Positions 1-13,648 of a stretch of 64,000 nucleotides of DNA are shown in pieces. Location: NCBI GenBank assembly GCA_964016885.1, contig OZ024742.1, forward strand, positions 40,424,001 to 40,488,000, given 5' to 3'. The notes under the pieces are model-generated. The model saw nothing but the letters and a program-made list of their open reading frames with translations. It searched no databases and was not told the origin of the DNA. Positions within the stretch are counted from its first letter, which is position 1, and every line of letters begins with the position of its first letter. The DNA comes from Eledone cirrhosa (Eukaryota). The translations under genes were made by a program, and so were the position numbers.

Positions 1-35
1 ATAATAGATGTACAGAGGTAATCGATTGTAAGAGC

Positions 36-1165
36 ATCATCATCATCATCATCACCGTTTTACGTCCATTCTTCCACGCTAGCATGGGTTAGATGGGTTG
101 TCCTGTTGTGGGCAGTGTCTGGTCGGCTGACCATGCCTTGCTCATACAGGAACTGATTTGGCTTGATTTCTACAGCTGGATGCCCTTCCTAACACCAACC
201 TCATTTACAGTGAGTGCTGGGTGCTTTTTCGTGGCGCCTACACGTCCACTTTACAGTGTGGGCTGGGTGCTTTTTTGCCGTGGCACCTCCACGACCACCT
301 TGCGGTGGGGGGTGGGGGGGGGGCATATTGTCTATATGCTTCAGCTTGTACCCATGGGAGGTCGGGTACTCTGTATTACTGCGTGACGCCAGAAGTCACG
401 GTCGTGTGTCATTGCCTTCGAGAGGTGTAATTGGGTAAGGTCGGCTTTTATCACATCATCCCAGGTCATCTTGGGTCTCCCCACTCCGCGGTTTCCATCA
501 ACTTCTAGTGCTCTGCACCTTTTTATGCAGCTGTCATCCTTCATACGCATCACATGTCCATACCAGCGCAACCGCCTCTCCTGCACACAGCATTTGATTC
601 CTCTTATGCTCAGTCTCTCTCTCAATTCATTTATGCTTTGTCGTTCACGTATATTACTGTTACACATCCATCAGAGCATGCAGGCTTCGTTTCTCTCTAA
701 TCTACGTAAGTCTTCCACCTTCAGCGCCCAGGTCTCACTACCATGCAACATTGCTGTTCGGATACATGCATCATACAGTCTGCCTTTCATTCTGAGGGAG
801 AAGCCTTTTGCAGCTAGCAGTGGTAGTAGTTCCCTAAACTTCTTCCATCCCGTTCTTACCCTAGTTATTGTACTTTCTGAACACCCACCTCCGCTGCTAA
901 TTCGGTCACCTAGGTAGCAGAAGCTGTCTACTGTTTCTACAGAGCCCTCCCAGAGATTGGTGGTACTTGTTTCCTGTGGCTGTTTGCTGCTTGCTGTCTC
1001 AGCACAGCTGCTGCATGTGAAGCCTACATTCTTAATTAAGCTTCCTGAGATCCCGCTACATCTCTTGTGTACCCATTGTTTGCATTTGGGGCAGAGAATG
1101 GAGTTCCTACCTACACCTTTCCTACATACTGAGCAAGGCCATTTCCCTGAGGGGATCTGGATTCT
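36..1165 (-). mobile_element. 5'-truncated RTE-clade LINE: RT C-terminal part with PHD-like finger, 3' UTR and (GAT)n tail
   Basis: ORFs 671..1363 and 341..667 give GKWPCSVCRKGVGRNSILCPKCKQWVHKRCSG...VDSFCYLGD...MLHGSETW...RRLRWYGHVMR...GRPKMTW, typical RTE RT/thumb motifs. The 3' UTR ends in (CAT)n on the + strand. Confidence 0.9.
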
Positions 1166-1189
1166 GTTCATCAGTGATATAAACCTTTT

Positions 1190-1830
1190 CCAATCACATG
1201 AAAGACCCATAGAAGTGGTTGATGGTTTCTGCAATTTATGTGTTCTAATTAGCAGTGAAGGAGGGTTCTTTGAAAGCATCGTAGCTAGAATAAGGACAAG
1301 AGGGAAGAAGTTTAGAGAGCCACTTCTTCTGTTGACAACATAAGGTTTTTCCCTATGAAGCAAAGGACAGCTGCATGATGTCTATGTGTGAAGTGCAATG
1401 CTGCATGGTAGTGAAACATGGGCAGTGACTGCAAAGGATATGTGTAGTCTGGAAAGAAATGAAGCAAGCATGCTTCCATAGATGTGTAATGTTAATGAGA
1501 AAGAACAACAGAGCTTGGATGAACTAGGGAAAAACTGGGTTTAAGAGGAATCAGAAGTAGTATGTAAGAGAAAAGACATGTGATGTGCATGGATGATGAT
1601 TGCTGGGTGAAATGCCAGGAAATCCCAGTAAAAGGAAACCCCAGTAGAGGAAAACCAAGGAAGACCTGGGCAGAGGTGGTGAGAGCTGATCGCAAATCAC
1701 TGAAACTCACAGAGGTGATGACAAAGAAATGCGACAACTGGAGAGACACTGTGCTGAAAAAGACCTGTCCAACCCATACAAGCATGGAAAAGTGAGCATA
1801 AAAACAATGACAATGATGATAACGATATAT
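1190..1830 (+). mobile_element. Older RTE LINE 3' fragment, back-to-back with the previous copy
   Basis: Degenerate VVDGFCNL...RIRTRGKKFRE...MLHGSETW...GKPRKTW, ending in a (GAT)-rich tail then (TA)n. Confidence 0.85.
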
Positions 1831-4800
1831 ATATATATATATGTACTGACTTGGTCTATATGGATTGTTCAACCCTTGCTAGCTGGGAAAGTAGATGTTA
1901 AAATGATGACGACAACAATGATGATGATATATATTATACACAACAGTCTTCCACATACTTTCCATGCACCAAATTTCACTAAAAAACATTTCTCAACCAA
2001 AGGCTATAGTAGAAAATTCTTGCCCTATGTGGTATTCAGTGGGACTGAACCCCAAATAACATGGTTGCACACTTAAATACATGACCATGCCCACACCGAT
2101 TAAATGTACATGTGTTATGTTATTAAATATACCTATGTATGCAAGTATAAATTCATGTGTGCACAGAACCACAAAACATTTACATGACATGTTAGGATCA
2201 AGAGGACTCTTCAGTTGTGTTAAGAGCATGACAATCTCCCTAGTGAGGGGTGTCAGGATAAAGTGCACCCAATACACTATGTAAAGTGTAGGAATGTACA
2301 TAAGATGAAGCCTCCAGCCTACCTGTGTGGGCAGTGACTCTGACTGCTGCTGACTTGGTCTATGATGAACCATCTGACCTACATTAGCATAGGTACATGT
2401 ATGTTAAATGATGATGATGGTGATGTGATTTCTTTTGTTAATTGTATTCATGAAATAAAACTTTTACTCAAGTAATTACATTATGGAAGAGTCAGTTTTA
2501 GCTATTTAAAAACACACAAAAATTATCAACGTTACTCATATTTATTGCTTATTTATAAGTGTAAAAATTATTACTGCAGTGTCTGTGACCTAGTCACTGA
2601 CACTAAGAAGTAAAAGAAAATCTAAAATGAAGTTTTACTTTTTGTGTATTTTTAACTGGCTAAAATGACTCTTCGATGCTGTTGTTGTTTTAGTTTCAAC
2701 ACAATCTCAGATTAAATCATTTGCCAGACAAATACAACTCCAAAACTATTACTAATTTCAATCTCACGAACAATAAAAACAATTTCTCTGGTGTCTATCA
2801 AGTCATCTTTATTTCTTGTCTGTATTTTATTGCACATCAGTCAGTTTTTGGACAGTTCAACTAAGATCAGTTTTTCTATGACAAAAATTTGAACCCCCCC
2901 CCAAAAAAAAATGAAATTTACAACTTACACCTAAGCTACATCTCATGGGAGGTTTCTTGGGTGCTTTAATGATAAGGGCCCTGATTTTTGTTATTACAGT
3001 TCACACCTATGCAAGTTTAGCTAGCTCCTACAAGGTTGCATTTCATAAGAGGCTACTTGGGTGTCTTAATTATAAAACCGACAATGTTATCATGAAAAGC
3101 AACATGAAATGAAGTGTTTTTGCTCAAGAACACTATGTACCACACAGTCCAGGTTCAAACCTAGGTTGCTAGTGTCTCCCTCAAAATTTCTCCATTTCTA
3201 AAGAAAGGAATTTTTTGAGTGATCCCACCCTCATAATCCTTCTCACACAAAATTGTAACTAATTCAGAGAGAGAGGAGAGGGGAGAAAGAATCAATCCCA
3301 GAAATTTACACATTAACTTCAAAAGGATGAAAGGTAAAGTTGACTTCAGCAAAATCTGAACTTAGTATGCAAAGATCCAGAACAAATACTGCAAGATATT
3401 TTATTTTACAATCCAATGACTTCCAATTTACTGCTTCTTCTCTCCTTTACCTACTTCAAAATTAAAGAGAAAAATGCTATCATCATCATCATCACTACAA
3501 ACATCAACTAACCCTGGTATGGTGTGGTATGGTGTTGTGTAGAAGTGTGGTGTGATGTCCATGTAATCTGGTACAATGTGATGTAAAGCGGTATACTACA
3601 CCGAGGCGTGGATTTATGTGATCTGCTCTGCAATGATAAGAATGTATTATGTGATAAAGGAACTTTAATTATGTTATCTAAACATTTAGATAACAAGACA
3701 ATCCCTTGCTGCCCTTATTTATTACTTTCTTCCCCAGAAAAACTCATCAACCCACACAAACCAATTCCACACAACCCACCTTATACAACATTATCTCACT
3801 ACCTTCTCATTTCTTTTCAAATATTATCAGAGCAACAGGGGCTTCATAAAGCAAATATCAATATTTACAGTATGTGTGTATGCATACAAATGTATGTGTG
3901 TGTGTGTGCATGTGTGTGTTACATGTGTATATGGGTTTGTGAGTGTGTGTTTGTGTGATTATATGTCTATATGTTTGCACGTGTGGCCCTTAGTACATGT
4001 ATATATTTGCATACTTGTGTTTGCATGGAATTTGCTTGATTACAGTTGCAATAATGAAGTTTCTTAAGAAAATCGAAGCTAAAACAAAATATCATCACCA
4101 TTATCAGTATTACTACTAAGATAGACATATACATATATGCACATCTTTTTGAAACAACATGTCAAAATTACTGTTCACAAAAAACATTGACACTTTTGAT
4201 ACCAACCCACCTGAAATCATTTACCCCTGGTTCAATGATACAAAACTATTGCTCGTAAAATGTTTATCTCTATCTAAAAACTTTCCATCATAATTTTATG
4301 CAAGAACCTTTGTTACATTATGTTCCAAATATTAGCTTAATAATCAGAAATCCCTTTAAATTTTTTATTATTTTTGATATTATCATCATCATCATTTTAT
4401 GTACCCCTTTCATGCTGGCATGGGTTGGATGGCATATAATGGTCCAAGACTAGATGGGTTAGGGAGACCTCATCTTGTTTATATGTTCTATGTTTGACAT
4501 GCTTTCTGCAACTTGTTGCCCTTCTGAATGCCAACCACAGAGTGTACTGGGTGCATTTTATTGTGGTACCTACATTATTTAGAAATCATTGGCAGTACTT
4601 TTCATTAGAAATATAACAAAAGGGTTAACTGCATTTACTCAAAATAGTCAAATGTGTAATTTAAATTCTCAGCATGTTAAAATGGCCAAATTTAGAGCTC
4701 TCTTAATTACACTACATTTCTAAAATTAAAAATAGTATGCAAATTTATGGCCCCATGAGATCCATGCCAAAATATTCTTAATATTCTTAGATTTATATGC

Positions 4801-5459
4801 ATTAAAGTATTGATTCTGTATATTTTTTTCCTTTACTTTCTTGTCTGAGAAAAATTGATACTTGCTAATATTTCTATACACATAGACTATTAGAGGTTAT
4901 TGGCTGGCATCCAGAGCAAGCTAAACGTTTGTGCTTCTCTAACAGAAAAAGGTAGCTGTTACATTATTTCATTCCTCCAATATGTCAGTTGAGACATATT
5001 AAAAGAAAAGAGAAAGAATCAATTTTTACCAATTTTGCTGTTGAATTTTTCTCAGATTTTCTTACTTTAGTATATCATCATCATTAGCAGTAGAACTAAG
5101 AGAACATGATCTATAATAGATGTATATCTGAATCAGTATATATTAAATCTCATTATTGGTACTTTAAGCTGTGGTCATGTCATAGCCATCTCAGTAGCTG
5201 TATAAGAATGCCAAACTGATTCATATACCTTCTACCATCATCATCATTATCATCACCTTTACATGTTTTCTATGTTAGCCTGAGATAGACAGGTTGTCAT
5301 AGGAAAAAGATATACCTTGGTAGATTCAGGCAGCCGATGGCAATACTGAAGTTGACATAAATCAAAGGATAGCCAAAGGTGCTGAGTATTCAACAAACTT
5401 CAATCAATATGACAAACAAAGAAGCTCACATCACAAACGAATATATATATATATAATCA

Positions 5460-6290
5460 TTTCATAATCATTTTAACATCTGCTTTCTCTGCTTGCAAGG
5501 GATGAACAAGTCTACATAGATCAAGTGAGAGGACTATAGAGCCCTCCTGGAAGCTGAGAGAATCTATTTCACATGTGCTCTTTGTGCACACTTCCCCTGT
5601 GCATCTACCAGATGTAAAGTCTATCTTTTCTGTTAGCCTGCCTGCAATCTCACTACATCTCTTGCACATCCATAATTTACATTGAGTGCACCTTATGGAA
5701 TTTCTGCCCACCCCTTTCTGACATATCAATCAAGGCCACTTTCCTGATGGTATAACCTTCCTGACTTTTTTCCCACTTATTAAGACTTTTGTCTTCACTA
5801 AATTTACTTTTAGGCCTTTCAACTTTAGTTTCTTCTTCCATGCTTGAAATTTTGCCTTTAACTCTCCTACGGATTCAGCTATGAGGACTAGGTCATCAGT
5901 ACACAGGAGCTCCCATGGAGTGCCAGTTTTAAACACCACATTGATGACCTGAAGGACAATGATAAACAGGAATAGGCTGAGGACTCAGCCTTGGTGAACC
6001 CCCACCTGCACTCCAAATTCATCACTGTACTCATTGTCAACACTCACTTTGGTGATTGCACTTCTATACATGGCCTGCACACTGCTCACAAGCCATTCGT
6101 CTACACCTAGCTTCCTAAGTGCCCACCAGATTATAGAGCGTGGGACTGTCAGAGGCCTTCTCCTCATCCATGATATGCTAGATACAGTGGATTACTCATA
6201 ACTAAGTACTTCTCCTGTAGTTGTTTCAACAGAAAAAGGCATTGGTAGTACCCTTACCTGGCATAAATTCAAACTGCATCTCATCTAACT
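5460..6290 (-). mobile_element. RTE LINE reverse transcriptase fragment (decayed)
   Basis: Broken frames give WWALRKLGV, GVHQG, ELLCTDDLVLI (YADD-like), KTKVL, GKWP and CQKGVGRNSIRCTQC. Confidence 0.9.
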
Positions 6291-6521
6291 ATAGTATATA
6301 TATATACAAAGTGTTAAAATAATCAAATCTTAGTTTAATACATTTATTTGCTGACAATTGTGTGTGTGGACATGTACACATGCACTCAAGCACAACTATA
6401 TGTTTAAGAAGCCAACTGTATATCCACATGGTTTTCGGTTTTATACCACAGGTGGGGAGATCAGGGTGCTGTGATCCAGAACAAATACTGCTTCAACAGG
6501 TGCTAAATCACTACCTTGTGA

Positions 6522-7288
6522 CTTAACCCTCTTGACACCAAACCACCTGTAACACTCTCTCATTCTATGATACAAAATAATTTGTTTCAAAATATTTCTA
6601 TTCATCTAAAAATTTTCATTCACAATTTTTATACAAGAACGTGTGTTAACCCATTAACATTTAAACCAGCCATATCCAGCCAGAATTCTCCCCCTCTTTC
6701 TATTCAAACCAGCTGTAACCAGCCACTCATACCAACATTAAGGTATTGTTTTCAAAATAAATAATATCAAAATCTCATAGATTCGATATTATGTGAGATA
6801 ATCATATTGAGGTAAAGCCTTTACTGCAAAAATACAATAGTATATATAGAGTAATGTAAATGTTATGTGAAGTAAAGCCTTTACCATGAAAATACAATAG
6901 TATATATAGAGTAATGTAAATGTTATGTGAGGTAAAGTCTTTACTGCAAAAATACAATAGTATATATAGAGTAATGTAAATGTTATGTGAGGTAAAGTCT
7001 TTACTGCAAAAATACAATAGTATATATAGAGTAATGTAAATGTTATGTGAGGTAAAGTCTTTACTGCAAAAATACAATAGTATATATAGAGTAATGTAAA
7101 TGTTATGTGAGGTAAAGTCTTTACTGCAAAAATACAATAGTATATATAGAGTAATGTAAATGCTAAAGAGTTAAGTTAGATTCTAAATACCAGCTTAATA
7201 ATGAGAAAGTTTGATATATTACTAAAATCTTTCCAAATTCTTTATTGTTTTCAAAATTACTTTAATAGAAATATCATAAAAGGGTTAA
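6522..7288. mobile_element. TTAA-flanked piggyBac-like MITE (family A) carrying a nested family B MITE
   Basis: Begins ttaaCCCTCTTGACACCAAACCACCTG and ends ATAAAAGGGttaa. Related decayed copies lie near 4190-4628, 25961-26193, 40440-40631 and 55145-55370. Confidence 0.55.
6646..7174 (-). mobile_element. TTAA-flanked piggyBac-like MITE (family B) with an internal 60-bp array (~5.5 units)
   Basis: ttaa-CCCATTAACATTTA ... TAAATGCTAAAGAG-ttaa termini. It is the reverse complement of the 17229-18762 element. Confidence 0.75.
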
Positions 7289-8104
7289 TCTCTCTCTTTC
7301 TCTCTCCCTCTCTCTCTGTCTCTCTCTATGTCTCTCTCTCACTCTCTCTCTCTCTCTCTCAACTATCTATCTCTTTCAGTAAAATGAATAACAGTGATAT
7401 ACTGCTTCTAAAATACACCACATCAACTGAGAAAATTGGCCTTCAGTTCAGTTAAATGTATGTAGAAAAATAGAAACAAATCCATTATTTATCTGAGTGA
7501 AAGACATGTCTTACAGATACCAGTGTTGGTGTAGATGGTGGTGGAGAAAGGAGAACATTGATGTTAAAAAGATAATACTAGTAATGATGATGATGCTGAT
7601 GATAATGATGCTCATAATGATGACATCCTGATAGTGATGACACCAACAATGATGATTATGATAATTATGATGACAATGATGCTTATGATAATACAGATAA
7701 TGATGATTCTGTTGATGTCAACGATGTTGGCAATGGTGACGACTTAAATATTTTAATCACTGCTTTGCTAACATATTAATTTGAAAATCTATCATTGTTA
7801 AAAGAATAAAATTAAGAAAAAAACCCAAATTCTAAAAAAGATTACCCTCTACCCCCCTTCCATCCCACCTCCAAAAATTGCTGCTTGCTTGGCATTTTAA
7901 ATATATCTCTTACTGGAACAAAATGATAATCTTTTTTGCTAGGAGTTTATTAAGTTATTTCTTTTTATTTAATATTTGTGTTATTTTTTTGTATTATGTT
8001 TTCTTTCTCTGAGAAAACATTGAATAGCAGAAATAAATAAATAAATAAATAATGGAACTAATGGAAAACAAAAAAAGACAAAATGAAGACAACAAGCAAA
8101 GTGC

Positions 8105-9428
8105 CACATGATAACCACAAGCAATATCATTATCATCACATTTGTCATCATCCTCATCATCACTACGACCAACACTATAATCATCATCATCACCCTCACC
8201 ACCACCACCATCATCACCACCACCACCACCATCATCATCACCTTCACCACCTTCATCATCATCACCCTCACCACCATCATCACCACCACCACCACCACCA
8301 ATACTATCATCATCACCCTCACCACCACCTCCATCATCATCATCACCCTCACCACCATCATCACCACCACCACCACCAATACTATCATCATCACCCTCAC
8401 CACCATCTCCATCATCATCATCACCCTCACCACCATCATCACCACCACCACCAACACTATCATCATCATCATCACTATCACCACCATCATAATAACTGTT
8501 TTATCTTGACAACACCACCAGCACTTTACAGAGTGTACTGGGTGCATTTTATCATGGCACCAGCTATTATCATTTTCTCTGTAGATACCGCTACACTCAT
8601 CATCATCATCATCATCATCATCATCACCATCACCATCATTATCACTATATAACCATCAACCCCACCAGCACCATCACCATCTTTGTCATCCCCATCGCCA
8701 TCATCATCACTATCACCATCTTTGTCATCCCCATCACCATCATCATCACTATCACCATCTTTGTCATCCCCATCACCATCACCATCACCATCTTTGTCAT
8801 CCCCATCACCATCATCATCACCATCACCATCATTATCACTATATAACCATCAACCCCACCAGCACCATCACCATCTTTGTCATCCCCATCACCATCATCA
8901 TCATCATCACCATCTTTGTCATCCCCATCACCATCATCATCACCATCACCATCTTTATCATCACCATCACCATCATCACCATCACCATCTTTGTCATCAC
9001 CATCATCACCATCACCATCACCATCACCATCATCACCATCACCATCACCATCACCATCATCACCACCACCATCACCATCGCCATCATCACCATCAACATC
9101 ATCACCATCACCACCATCACCATCACCATCACCATCATCACCATCACCACCATCACCATCACCATCACCATCATCACCATCACCATCATCACCATCACCA
9201 TCACCATCACCATCATCACCATCACCATCCTCACCATCACCATCACCATCACCATCATCACCATCACCATCATCACCATCACCATCACCATCACCATCAT
9301 CACCACCACCATCATCATCACCATCACCATCATCACCATCACCACCATCACCATCATCACCATCATCACCATCACCACCACCACCATCACCATCACCACC
9401 ATCACCATCACCATCTTTGTCATCACCT
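8105..9428 (+). repeat. (CAT/CAC)n compound trinucleotide array with internal block duplications
   Basis: Directly visible. It produces the spurious poly-His and Ser-Pro ORFs. Confidence 0.95.
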
Positions 9429-9517
9429 TTACGACTTTGAGAGGAGAAAAAATAATTTTGATTTATTCTTCTATAACATGTGAAGTTATTGAATATTTTT
9501 AAAAGCTAAACACAGCT

Positions 9518-11025
9518 TGTGTTGTTGTTGTTGTGGTGGTGTGGTGGTGGTGGTGGTGGTGAGGATGTTTGTGATGTTGTTGTTGTTGTGGTGGTGGTGG
9601 TGATGGTAGTGGTGATGGTGGTAGTGGTGGTGGTGGTAGTGGTGGTGGTGATGGTAGTGGTTTAGTGGTGATGGTAGTGGTTTAGTCGTGATGGTAGTGG
9701 TGGTGGTGGTAGTGGTGGTGGTGATGGTGGTAGTGGTGGTGGTGGTGATGGTGGTAGTGGTGGTGGTGGTGGTGTTGGTAGTGGTTTAGTGGTGATGGTA
9801 GTGGTTTAGTGGTGATGGTAGTGGTTTAGTGGTGATGGTAGTGGTGGTGGTGGTGGTGGTAGTGGTGGTGGTGATGGTAGTGGTTTAGTGGTGATGGTAG
9901 TGGTTTAGTGGTGATGGTAATGGTTTAGTGGTGATGGTAGTGGTGGTGGTGGTGGTGGTAGTGGTGGTGGTGATGGTAGTGGTTTAGTGGTGATGGTAGT
10001 GGTTTAGTGGTGATGGTAGTGGTGGTGGTGGTAGTGGTTTAGTGGTGATGGTAGTGGTGGTGGTGGTAGTGGTGGTGGTGATGGTGGTAGTGGTGGTGGT
10101 GGTGGTGGTGATGGTGGTAGTGGTGGTGGTGGTGGTGTTGGTAGTGGTTTAGTGGTGATGGTAGTGGTTTAGTGGTGATGGTAGTGGTGGTGGAGGTAGT
10201 GGTGGTGGTGATGGTGGTAGTGGTGGTGGTAGTGGTGGTGGTGGTGGTGGTGGTGGTGGTGGTGGTGGTGGTGGTGGTGATGGTAGTGGTGATGGTAGTG
10301 GTGGTGGTGGTAGTGGTGGTGGTGATGGTGGTAGTGGTGGTGGTGGTGATGGTGGTGGTGGTGGTGGTGGTGGTGGTGATGGTGGTAGTGGTGGTGGTGG
10401 TGGTGATGGTAGTGGTTTAGTGGTGATGGTAGTGGTTTAGTGGTGATGGTAGTGGTGGTGGTGGTGGTGGTGATGGTAGTGGTGGTGGTGGTAGTGGTGG
10501 TGGTGATGGTGGTAGTGGTGGTGGTGGTGGTGGTGATGGTAATGGTTTAGTGGTGATGGTAGTGGTGGTGTTGTTGCTGTTGAGTGGCAGTGATGATGAT
10601 GTTTGTGATGTTGTTGTTGGTGGTAGTGGTGGTGATGGTAGTGGAGGTGGTGGTGATGGTAGTGATGTTGTTGATGTTATTGATGGTGATGGTATGGTGA
10701 TAAAGATGATGCTGATGTTGTTGGCAGTGTTGTAGTATTTGTTGTTGTTATTGTTGGTTGTGGTGGTGGAGGGTTTGTTTTCGGTGATTGAGGTTCTGTT
10801 GTTGTTAATGGTGATTGTGTTGTTGTTACTGTTGCTGTGGTAATTGGTGGTGGTAGTGGTTTAGTGGTGATGGTAGTGGTGGTGGTGATGGTGGTGATGG
10901 TGGTAGTGGTGGTGGTGGTGGTGGTGGTGGTGGTGGTGGTGGTGGTGGTGGTGGTGGTGGTGGTGGTGGTGGTAGTGGTGATTGTGATAATGTTACTGCA
11001 ATTGATATTGTTGTTGTTCTTGTTG
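9518..11025 (+). repeat. (GGT/GAT/AGT)n compound array with recurrent GGTTTAGT variant
   Basis: Directly visible. Its composition is complementary to the preceding array. Confidence 0.95.
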
Positions 11026-11588
11026 TAGCTATTGGAGATTATTTATTTATTTCTTTGAATCATATGAATGTATCTTAGATGAAAAATATTCTCGTAACAT
11101 TTCAAAAGAGGATAAATGATGGGTGGGGATGGGTGGGGTGGGGTGGAGAAATAAAATAGAATAGAGAAATAGAGAAAGGAAATAAGTAAAGAAAAGAAAA
11201 AGATGAAAGAAGAGAAAAATGAAGAAAGAAAGGAAGGGAGAAAAGAAAGAAGGAAGAAAGTCAGAATGAAAGAAATGGAATAGATTTATAGAATCTATAA
11301 AAGATCTAAAATCCACTGTAAAAATAGTAACTTTGGTAATGTGTCTTCTGTCAGATGACAGGCACCAGTAATAGTAACGGAAACAACTGTAACAACACTA
11401 GAACAGCAGCAGCAGCAAAACAAAGTCAGTAACAACAACAACAAGCTAATGAAAGAGTGCCTATGCAGTCATTGAACCTTCTAGAAATAGAAGTTAAATT
11501 TCCCCCAGATAACACCCTGTCATCATCATCACTGTTTAACATTCATTTTTCCATGCTAGCATGGGTTAGACGATATATATATATACAC

Positions 11589-11662
<74 letters not shown>

Positions 11663-11677
11663 GTATATATATATATA

Positions 11678-12119
11678 TACATGAACGGCAAAGCATAAAT
11701 CAACTAAGTGAGAAATTAGGAATAAGAGGGATCAGATGCTGTTTACTCGAGAGAAGAATATGTTGGTATGGTCACGTGATGCGCATGAAAGACGACAGCT
11801 GTATAAAAAAGTGCAGGGCGATCAAAATAGATGGAAGCTACATCATCCAGTCCTAAATAAATGAGGTCATGTAGGTGTCATGACAAAAAGACGCACAGTC
11901 CTCGCTGTAATGTGGCCGTGTAGGTAACACGGAAAAAAACCTCCCAGTCCACACTGTAAACGTGGTTGGTGTTAGGAAGGGCATCCAGCCGTAGAAAACC
12001 TGCCAGACAGTCCTATACGAGCAAGACAACCAATCTTGTCTCACGTGGGACAATTTTCGTCTAAACCCATGCTTGCGTGGAAGATAGATGTTAAACGATG
12101 ATGATGATGATGATGAGGA

Positions 12120-12122
<3 letters not shown>
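11678..12122 (+). mobile_element. RTE LINE 3' fragment with internal deletion and (GAT)n tail
   Basis: ERQSINQLSEKLGIRGIRCC...WYGHVMRMKDDSCIKKCR, then the shared 3' tail ggttggtgttaggaagggcatccagc. Confidence 0.85.
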
Positions 12123-12166
<44 letters not shown>

Positions 12167-12203
12167 AAAAAAGAAGAAAATTTCCCTCTACATGGCTGAC
12201 TAC

Positions 12204-12530
12204 AATAAATGTAATCTGAGTTTTTCGAATATTAATAATAACATTTGATTCGTTTGAAATTATGCAAACAAGCCTCAATTTTATAGCCATGTCAGAAAAT
12301 ACCATATATTTTCACTAGCTCTGACAGTTTGGCAGGTCAACAGTGAGCTCTACTGATGAAGGTTGATACCCAGAAACATTAGTGTCTGCAGTTCTGTTCG
12401 CATGCCAACACAAGAGCAAGGATGAAGTGTTCATTCTATTGACATGGCTATAAAATTGAGACTTGTTTGCATAATTGCAAACGAATCGAATGTTATTATT
12501 AATATTCGAAAAACTCAGATTACATTTATT
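12204..12530. mobile_element. Fold-back element: ~91-bp inverted arms (12204-12294 / 12440-12530) between (TA)n tracts
   Basis: The arms are reverse complements with few mismatches, and the spacer holds an HHR motif. Confidence 0.8.
12345..12394 (+). ncRNA. Type I minimal hammerhead ribozyme (imperfect stems)
   Basis: gagctcta-CTGATGA-aggttgataccca-GAAA-cattagt-GTC-tgcagttc. Stem I pairs 7/8 (with G-U), stem III is near-palindromic and the cleavage triplet is GUC. Confidence 0.6.
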
Positions 12531-12629
12531 ATATATATATACATATATAATATATGTAATCTGAGTAAATATGCTGGGTCCGCTGGGTCCGTCAACCCTT
12601 ATTATATATATATATATATATACATGCAC

Positions 12630-12805
12630 TCACCGTAAATGAGGTTGGTGTTAGGAAGGGCATCCAACTGTAGAAATCAAGCCGGAATCAGTTTCTGTAT
12701 GAGCAAGATGAAGTCAGCCGACCGGGCACTGCCCACAACAGGACAACCCGTCTAACCCATGCTAGCATGGAAGAATAGGTGTAAAATGGTGATGATGATG
12801 ATGAT
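12630..12805 (+). mobile_element. SINE/LINE shared 3' tail fragment
   Basis: Reverse complement of 40-215, ending in (GAT)n. Confidence 0.8.
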
Positions 12806-12811
12806 CACATA

Positions 12812-12950
12812 CGTTCGGATCTAGCTGTCAAAACAGCTGGAGCTCAGCCGTCGGGGTCCTGAATCTTTTCATATTACCCACTCTACTACCCGAAGTATTG
12901 ACTACTCTGGTGGGTTATGGTCTACCTGGTTTTTACCACACCCTACCTGA
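12812..12950 (+). mobile_element. 5'-truncated pseudo-LTR-like element ending in (TA)n; same family as 29361-29553
   Basis: Shares gagctcagc.gtcggggtc...tattacccactctactacc...tattga.tact...ttatggtc.acctggtt..taccac with the reverse complement of 29361-29494. Confidence 0.65.
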
Positions 12951-13139
12951 TATATATATATATTTATATATATATACACATATATATAAATGTATATATA
13001 CATATATACACATATACGTAAATATATATATACATATATATAAATACATATATACACATATATATAAATATATATATATATACAAATAAATATATATATA
13101 CATATATACTCATATATATAAACATAAATAAATATATAT

Positions 13140-13414
13140 CATCATCATGATCATCATTTTTGGTCCGCTTTTCCCTGCTTGCAAAGGTGGGACGGGAACT
13201 GATTCTGGCTTGATTTCTACAGCTGGATGCCCTTCCTAACACCAACCTCATTTACAGTGAGTGCTGGGTGCTTTTTTGCCGTGGCATCTCCACGTTCACT
13301 TTACAGTAGAATGATAGGGACCCCAGTTCCTATCATCTCATTTCTACAGCTGAGTAAACTGGAACAATGTGAAATAAAGTTTCTTGCTCAAGGAAACAAC
13401 ACATCACCCGGTCC
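13140..13414 (-). mobile_element. tRNA-derived SINE (family 2), interrupted by the HHR fold-back element
   Basis: Matches 31576-32019 and stops abruptly at acatcacccggtcc. Confidence 0.8.
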
Positions 13415-13450
13415 GGGGAGATAAGGCGACAAGGGGAGATAAGGCGACAA

Positions 13451-13514
13451 GGGGAGATAAGGCGACAAGGCCTGGTTTCGCTTTTGTTGAAGCTTATCAA
13501 GGCTAACTACTCCC
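13451..13514 (-). ncRNA. Antisense copy of the U3-A8 hammerhead (one stem I mismatch)
   Basis: Reverse complement of 13649-13712 with gcct instead of ggct after the cleavage site. Confidence 0.55.
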
Positions 13515-13648
13515 ACCTGTCTACCGAGATCACTGATGTTATATTCTTATAGAATTCTGCCTGACCAACAACCGCTCAACATAATCAGCTCCTGATTATT
13601 TACTAGAATTCTATAAGAATATAACATCAGTGATCTCGGTAGACAGGT

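Noticed and set aside
7981-9483. Poly-His, poly-Met/Val and Ser-Pro ORFs
   Set aside because: Trinucleotide microsatellite open in most frames.
9655-10560. GGTTTAG units resembling telomeric repeats
   Set aside because: They are interspersed variants of the GGT/GAT array, not tandem TTAGGG.
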